A stretch of 22,662 nucleotides of DNA from an uncultured Candidatus Peribacteria bacterium (GTDB taxonomy: Bacteria; Patescibacteriota; Gracilibacteria; RBG-16-42-10), in contig CAZERA010000005.1 in the NCBI GenBank assembly GCA_964514565.1, positions 62,001-84,662 of the forward strand, read 5' to 3'. Within the stretch, counting starts at the first letter, position 1. The number at the start of each line of letters is the position of its first letter. The notes under the pieces were generated by a model. The model did no database searches and was not told the DNA's origin. It saw nothing but the letters and a program-made list of their open reading frames with translations. The position numbers were made by a program, and so were the translations under genes. This document shows positions 16,883 through 22,662 of this stretch, one piece after another.

Positions 16883-17932
16883 ATGAAAAAATTCTTACTT
16901 CTACTCTTACTACTAATACCTCAAACGTCCTTAGCAGCAAATAGCAACTTGCAGTTTAACATGCCCAGTAGCTACACCCGGGGGCAGACTGTAGAGATTT
17001 CTGTGACCAACACATCAAACAAACCACTCATCATTCCAGAAAACGGCAATTGTCATATGTTCTTCAATATTTATGACAGTAGTGGAAAAGCACTAGCGCT
17101 CACAGATGCTAATCAAATGTGTACTTTGGACTATCGTATGATCACGCTAGCTCCACAAGAAACAAAAACCCTAGGAAGCTGGGATCAAAGATATCATGTT
17201 TACTGTCCACCAAATGCTAATTGTTTAGTGTCTACGCTGCCAGTGCAAGACGGCACTTATAACATCCGTGTTTTAGTTCAAGACCAAAACTATAGTGAGT
17301 TCCCTATCCATATCTCTGCGACCAATACCACATTTAGTGATGTACCTACATCACATTGGGCATTTCAATTCATTCAAAATCTGTATAGTAAAGGAATAGT
17401 ACAAGGCTATGGCAATGGTAGATTCGGACCAGACAACAACATCACGCGTGCTGAGGTAATCAAAATGGCAGTTAAATCAGCAGATCTCAAAACGCTAAGC
17501 TCAAGTATTATTGATGATTCACGCTGCTATACCGCAAGTCCAGCAGATCTATCTTCAAATTATCCAATAGATCGTTGTGGTGTTCCTAGTCTTCCCTATA
17601 AAGATGTCTCTCCCCAACACCCTCTCTATCCTTACATCTACGCAGCCTACAGCAAAGGCATTATTAAAAGCAGTACTTATTTTTACCCAGACCAAAAAGC
17701 CAGTCGGATTGAATGCCTACAATATATAGTAGATGCCTTTGGCCAAACCCCAAGTACACCAATTCTCAACAACACCCAAACATTTTCAGATGTAGCCAGT
17801 CCAGCCCAACGAGCCTACACCGACACAGCTGAAGAAGCAGGAATCATCTCCGGCAGCAATGGCCAATTCTACCCCAACCAATCGGTCACAAGGGCCGAAA
17901 TCAGCAAGATCCTATCCAACATGCTCAACTAA
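16883..17932 (+). CDS. Secreted S-layer homology (SLH) domain protein with N-terminal Ig-like (BsuPI-like) domain
   Basis: Signal peptide MKKFLLLLLLLIPQTSLA; three SLH repeats (FSDVPTSHWA...ITRAE, YKDVSPQHP...ASRIE, FSDV...VTRAE). Confidence 0.88.
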   Translation: MKKFLLLLLLLIPQTSLAANSNLQFNMPSSYTRGQTVEISVTNTSNKPLIIPENGNCHMFFNIYDSSGKALALTDANQMCTLDYRMITLAPQETKTLGSWDQRYHVYCPPNANCLVSTLPVQDGTYNIRVLVQDQNYSEFPIHISATNTTFSDVPTSHWAFQFIQNLYSKGIVQGYGNGRFGPDNNITRAEVIKMAVKSADLKTLSSSIIDDSRCYTASPADLSSNYPIDRCGVPSLPYKDVSPQHPLYPYIYAAYSKGIIKSSTYFYPDQKASRIECLQYIVDAFGQTPSTPILNNTQTFSDVASPAQRAYTDTAEEAGIISGSNGQFYPNQSVTRAEISKILSNMLN

Positions 17933-17953
17933 AACACTCATCACTCCCAAAGC

Positions 17954-17981
17954 TGTTAATTGTAACTTGTTAATTGTTAAT
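17954..17981. repeat. Heptamer tandem array (TGTTAAT x4, one variant)
   Basis: TGTTAAT TGTAACT TGTTAAT TGTTAAT. Confidence 0.85.
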
Positions 17982-18028
17982 TAATAAATGTATATTGGTC
18001 GCGAATTCAGTTAACTTCACCTTTTTAT

Positions 18029-19114
18029 ATGGGTTTAGCACTTGGCATTGTTGGCTTACCAAATGTAGGCAAATCTACTCTCTTCAATACACTCACCAAA
18101 AGCATGGCAGCTCAAGCTTCCAATTATCCTTTTTGTACTATTGATCCAAATGTCGGCGTAGTTGAAGTACCGGACCACCGTCTCCACCGTTTAGCAGAAA
18201 TAGTGAAGACTAAGAAAACTGTCCCAGCTATCGTCGAATTCATCGACATTGCCGGTATCGTCAAAGGCGCCTCCCAAGGTGAAGGCTTAGGAAATAAATT
18301 CCTAGCTAATATCCGTGAAACTGACGCTATCATCCATATCTTCCGCCTTTTCGAGGATGCCAATGTCATCCATGTAAATGGCTCAGTCAGTCCCAAACAG
18401 GATATTGAGATTATTAATACCGAGCTCATTTTGGCAGACATTGATAGTCTTACTAAACAAATAGACAATTTACGCAAAAAAGCCAAAGGACAAGATAAAG
18501 TAGCAATGGCTCAGTTATCACTAGCTGAAAGAATATTACCTGTACTCGAAGGTGGCCAACTAGCCAATACAGTTGAACTTTCAATTGAAGAAAAAGAGTC
18601 TATTAAGCAACTACAGCTGATTACTTCAAAACCCGTCCTATTTGTTGGTAATATTTCTGAAGACCAAATCAAAACTATTGATGAAGCAGCTATCGCCAAA
18701 GAACTTGGCTTACCAAGCATCATTACTGTATGTGCAAAGGTAGAAGCAGAATTAGCCCAATTATCTGAAGAAGATAGCAAACCATTTCTAGAAGAATATG
18801 GCTTAAAAGAAAGCGGACTCAAACGCATCATTCAAGCTGGCTACGATCTACTTGGCCTACAAACTTATTTCACCGCCGGCGAAATTGAAGCACGTGCATG
18901 GACAGTAAAAAAGGGCGCAACAGCTCCACAGGCAGCTGGGGTAATTCATACTGACTTCGAAAAAGGCTTTATCAAGGCTGAGGTTGCTGGCTATGAAGAT
19001 TTTGTTAACTTCAGTGGCTGGGCAGGAGTAAAAGAGAAAGGCAAGATGCGATTGGAAGGAAAAGAATACATTGTCCAAGATGGCGACGTAATGTTCTTTA
19101 AGTTTAACAATTAG
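18029..19114 (+). CDS. ychF: Redox-regulated ATPase YchF
   Basis: GIVGLPNVGKSTLFN, NYPFCTIDPN, DIAGIVKGASQGEGLGNKFL, APQAAGVIHTDFEKGFI, EGKEYIVQDGD. Confidence 0.98.
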   Translation: MGLALGIVGLPNVGKSTLFNTLTKSMAAQASNYPFCTIDPNVGVVEVPDHRLHRLAEIVKTKKTVPAIVEFIDIAGIVKGASQGEGLGNKFLANIRETDAIIHIFRLFEDANVIHVNGSVSPKQDIEIINTELILADIDSLTKQIDNLRKKAKGQDKVAMAQLSLAERILPVLEGGQLANTVELSIEEKESIKQLQLITSKPVLFVGNISEDQIKTIDEAAIAKELGLPSIITVCAKVEAELAQLSEEDSKPFLEEYGLKESGLKRIIQAGYDLLGLQTYFTAGEIEARAWTVKKGATAPQAAGVIHTDFEKGFIKAEVAGYEDFVNFSGWAGVKEKGKMRLEGKEYIVQDGDVMFFKFNN

Positions 19115-19130
19115 TCTTTGCTCCTAAATC

Positions 19131-19721
19131 ATGAACTGTATTGTTCTCGCATTTTCTACAGTCAAAGATTTACCAAACAATTATAAGGATTTCACTGTAG
19201 TTGATTGTTATGGTGAATGCCGTGAAGTAGACACAATAAAGCTAGCATCGAATATTGTAGTACATCAGGAATTATTTGAGGTTGGTAAGACAAACTTACC
19301 CAATACTCTTTATAATGAAGGTTTTATTCGTCACCCCGATCCTTGGGGCGAACCGCGAAATTGGATGCAAGCAATAGCAGCATTGGGAGAATGCTTACAA
19401 GGACAATTAAATTGTGAGTTTTGGTATCCACATGAAATTATTGCTTTCCATTCCTTATTAACCTCAATCTTAAGCCCAGTACAGGTAAGATTTATGCGTG
19501 CACAACAAATCGAAGATGCCAACGAGTGGGACAACTATAGTGCGAGTTGGGAAATCAACTCTGTCAGCTTACAAGCTGACATGTTGGCTCAGTACCAAAA
19601 AGAAAAACAAGGCATTTTGCAATACTTCTATACAAATATCGGTACATTTTATCGAGACACTACAATTGATCAAGTACAACCACTACTAAACTCACTGCCT
19701 ACACCCCATGCATCACAGTAA
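19131..19721 (+). CDS. Hypothetical protein
   Basis: 196-codon ORF 16 nt after ychF; overlaps the convergent dinB 3' end by 23 nt. Confidence 0.7.
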   Translation: MNCIVLAFSTVKDLPNNYKDFTVVDCYGECREVDTIKLASNIVVHQELFEVGKTNLPNTLYNEGFIRHPDPWGEPRNWMQAIAALGECLQGQLNCEFWYPHEIIAFHSLLTSILSPVQVRFMRAQQIEDANEWDNYSASWEINSVSLQADMLAQYQKEKQGILQYFYTNIGTFYRDTTIDQVQPLLNSLPTPHASQ

Positions 19722-20859
19722 GTTTATTGTAGCGATTATTTATCTCATCAATAGTAGTCTGTAGTCTTGATAAACGTTCTGTTGAAAATAATGAGTGCGT
19801 ACAAATAGATTCGAACTGAGATACACTGATCCCCACTAAACGAACTCCTTTGGACTCGGGTACTTTTTGTAGTAGCTCTTGAACTAATGTTCTAATGATC
19901 GGAAAAATATCATGATCATATTGAGCAAATTCATTCAATGTATACGAACGCGTATACGTACTGAAGTCTTGTAAACGAATCTTAATCCGTATCTCCTTGG
20001 TACTAAGATGCTGATTACGTAGTCTGCGTAATACCTGAGCAGTCATCACTCTCAGGTGACCAGACACTTCTTCATGATGAATAATATCTTGCATAAAAGT
20101 CTGCTCATAAGAAATAGACTTTGGTGCACCTTCTTCAGCCTGGACTTCTCGATCGTCATAACCATTGATAGACAAATAGAACTTTTGACCAGATTGGCCA
20201 AAGAAATGAACCATCTCATTACAAGTCCAAAGCTGTAAGTCTCCTATAGTCTTGACTCCTACCTGGTGAAGCTGACGAACAGTGACATGCCCCATACCAG
20301 GGAAGTCTTCAATAGCGAGATGCGCCAAAAATGCACGAGTTTCATCACTAGGAACAATAGTAATACCAGGTTTCTTGATTCCGGCTGCAATTTTAGCAGT
20401 GACTTTGTTGTCAGCTAAACCTAATGAAATTGGAATCTGTAATACAGTAGTAATAGTCTTCTCAATTTGATGCAGCATAGACAGATAATCATCACCCCAT
20501 ACTTCGTCGAGACCAGTGAGATCTACATAAGCCTCATCAATCGAAGCCATTTCGACATTGTCACTAAACTGCTTCAAGATCTTGAAAAGCTTATCAGACA
20601 CTTCACGATAATACTCATGATCATTGGGCAAAAAGTGCGCATGAGGACAAAGCTTTTTCGCTTGGAATAGTGGCATACCAGCATGCACACCATACTCACG
20701 GACATCATAACTAGCAGAAGTAACTACACTGCGAGGTGAGTCAGACGAACGTCCCCCGACTATCACCGCCTCTTTAACTAATTCTGGAGATTTGAGTCGC
20801 TCACAAGAAACAAAGAATGAATTACAATCGATATGTAAAATCGCTTTTCTTAGTAACAT
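19699..20859 (-). CDS. dinB: Y-family DNA polymerase IV
   Basis: ILHIDCNSFFVSCE, ASYDVREYGVHAGMP, SIDEAYVD, AKIA...KPG, KSISYEQTF, VRLVGISVS. Confidence 0.93.
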   Translation of the reverse strand: MLLRKAILHIDCNSFFVSCERLKSPELVKEAVIVGGRSSDSPRSVVTSASYDVREYGVHAGMPLFQAKKLCPHAHFLPNDHEYYREVSDKLFKILKQFSDNVEMASIDEAYVDLTGLDEVWGDDYLSMLHQIEKTITTVLQIPISLGLADNKVTAKIAAGIKKPGITIVPSDETRAFLAHLAIEDFPGMGHVTVRQLHQVGVKTIGDLQLWTCNEMVHFFGQSGQKFYLSINGYDDREVQAEEGAPKSISYEQTFMQDIIHHEEVSGHLRVMTAQVLRRLRNQHLSTKEIRIKIRLQDFSTYTRSYTLNEFAQYDHDIFPIIRTLVQELLQKVPESKGVRLVGISVSQFESICTHSLFSTERLSRLQTTIDEINNRYNKLTVMHGV

Positions 20860-20862
20860 AAT

Positions 20863-21474
20863 TTAGTAATTACGAATTAAAGCCGTTACCACACCTTGAA
20901 TAGATAGCTCTGAAACTGGATATAAGTTTTGATAAGCTGGATTTTCTGCTTTGAGATACACATAGTTGTCTTCTTTGACCAATCTTTTCACCGTGCTTTC
21001 TCCGTCAATCAAAGCCACAACAATATCCCCGGCCTTTGCTGTACGATAGAAATTCACAACTACAGTATCTCCGGGAATAATACCGGCACCGACCATGCTA
21101 TCCCCTCTTACTTTGAGTAAATAGGAAGACTCAGGATCAGCTACCAAATTTTCTGCCACTGAAACCCAAGTATCAGGTACTTGTTCCTCCAAGGTAGCCG
21201 CACCAGCAGGGACGCTACCGTATAGAGGTAATGAAATATCTGCTTTGCGGACCATGCGATCCTTGATCTCTGCCAAGAGATTCACACCACGCGCTCTTTT
21301 GGTACGAGTAAGTACACCTTTCTTTTCTAAAGCATGAAGATGTTTAAGAATGCCATTGTCAGAACTCACATCCAGAAATACACGCATTTCTTTGAGTGTA
21401 GGTGAAGCACCATTTTGTAATTGGTACTCCCGGATATAATCCAACAATTCTTGCTGACGAGCGGTAAGGGACAT
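20863..21474 (-). CDS. lexA: SOS repressor LexA
   Basis: LTARQQELLDYI...PTLKE wHTH; VPAG Ala-Gly cleavage site; GDSM catalytic Ser; TVKR catalytic Lys. Start at 21474 or 21480, because the track start at 21495 lies at the predicted TSS. Confidence 0.95.
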   Translation of the reverse strand: MSLTARQQELLDYIREYQLQNGASPTLKEMRVFLDVSSDNGILKHLHALEKKGVLTRTKRARGVNLLAEIKDRMVRKADISLPLYGSVPAGAATLEEQVPDTWVSVAENLVADPESSYLLKVRGDSMVGAGIIPGDTVVVNFYRTAKAGDIVVALIDGESTVKRLVKEDNYVYLKAENPAYQNLYPVSELSIQGVVTALIRNY

Positions 21475-21482
21475 AAGCATAT

Positions 21483-21524
21483 GGTGAATGATCACTTACC
21501 ATAGTAGGTGAAGTATAACTCACC
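21483..21524. promoter_or_regulatory. Two tandem palindromic operators, putative LexA boxes GGTGA-N8-T(C/T)ACC
   Basis: GGTGA ATGATCAC TTACC (21483-21500) and GGTGA AGTATAAC TCACC (21507-21524); extra half-site ACTCACC at 21529-21535. Confidence 0.75.
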
Positions 21525-21529
21525 GTCAA
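21501..21529 (-). promoter_or_regulatory. Sigma70 promoter of lexA-dinB
   Basis: Minus strand TTGACG (21529-21524), 17 bp, TACTAT (21506-21501). Confidence 0.8.
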
Positions 21530-21540
21530 CTCACCATCAC

Positions 21541-21648
21541 ATTTTAGATCAGAGAGCAGAGTTGCGAGATCAGAAATGTTAAATGTAAGAGAGATTAGAT
21601 CTAAAATTTGGAATTTAGATTTTAGAATTTAGATTTTAGAATTAAAAA
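21541..21648. repeat. Compound heptamer array (AGAGAGC-like, then TTTAGAA/TTTAGAT)
   Basis: AGAGAGC AGAGTTG CGAGATC AGAAATG, then TTTGGAA TTTAGAT TTTAGAA TTTAGAT TTTAGAA TTAAAAA (21607-21648). Perfect 10-bp inverted repeat ATTTTAGATC (21541-21550) / GATCTAAAAT (21598-21607). Confidence 0.8.
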
Positions 21649-21735
21649 TCTCGCTAAAACGTGCGTTTATTGGCTACATTTATGGCGAAAATAGCTCATA
21701 TCCAAGCCACAGTTAATCATTTATATGGATAAGGC

Positions 21736-21764
21736 TTTACAAACCAAAAAAGTTCCGTTAGATT
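21736..21764 (+). promoter_or_regulatory. rRNA operon promoter
   Basis: TTTACA (21736-21741), 17 bp, TAGATT (21759-21764), followed by a GC-rich discriminator GTCTGCGC. Confidence 0.65.
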
Positions 21765-21769
21765 GTCTG

Positions 21770-21798
21770 CGCTCTGGTGAACAGAGTGTTCTTTAACA
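21770..21798 (+). promoter_or_regulatory. rrn antitermination boxB-like hairpin and boxA
   Basis: CGCTCTG-GTGAA-CAGAGTG hairpin (21770-21788), then TGTTCTTTAACA (21787-21798; consensus TGCTCTTTAACA). Confidence 0.75.
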
Positions 21799-21882
21799 TC
21801 CAGCGTGCAGAAGAGAAAAACATTCAAAAGCTTGCGAATAGCAAGACGTTTGATTGTTTACGATTAAATAATCAAAAACTTT

Positions 21883-22662
<780 letters not shown>

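Noticed and set aside
2504..20670. Other short nested antisense or alternate-frame ORFs in the track (e.g. 4818-5372, 18124-18486, 18511-18831)
   Set aside because: They lie within well-supported genes and show no recognisable motifs.
751..21474. Alternative genetic code 25 (UGA=Gly) as in Gracilibacteria/Absconditabacteria
   Set aside because: Long Gly-rich genes are uninterrupted in code 11, and TGA appears to act as a stop (ATGA overlap at 11793-11796; stop at 15377).
21541..21648. Possible CRISPR array or replication iterons
   Set aside because: Units are 7 bp and contiguous, with no spacers, cas or rep genes.
1..21880. Apparent C-over-G excess on the plus strand, which would imply lagging-strand rRNA
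   Set aside because: Only an impression from a few lines and confounded by codon use; needs a cumulative GC-skew calculation on the whole replicon.

Overview
Chromosomal segment from a small-genome bacterium, most likely Patescibacteria/CPR. The divergent 16S, the SLH and LPXTG surface proteins and the absence of Shine-Dalgarno sites point that way; a Peregrinibacteria/Abawacabacteria-like placement is a guess. Genes read through in standard code 11. In order: partial lipoprotein, NUDIX hydrolase, a 1522-aa DUF11/SdrD-B surface protein with an LPKTG sorting signal, a YtxH-like protein, class II ribonucleotide reductase nrdJ with tandem NrdR boxes, an intact but motif-stripped 2-oxoacid:ferredoxin oxidoreductase gamma-alpha homolog, a DHH/DHHA1 phosphoesterase, a ferredoxin, DUF2203, pepA, a UbiA-family phosphoribosyltransferase, an ORFan, an SMR/ArnE-like transporter, a pentein (guanidino-modifying) enzyme, an SLH protein, ychF, an ORFan, a lexA-dinB operon, and the promoter, leader and 5' half of a 16S rRNA gene. 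The most notable observations are a tandem GGTGA-N8-T(C/T)ACC operator on the lexA promoter, the OFOR pseudoenzyme, the orphan pentein enzyme, and five intergenic arrays of degenerate 7-bp repeats. No mobile element, CRISPR array or tRNA was seen. All calls come from reading motifs by eye; no searches were run.
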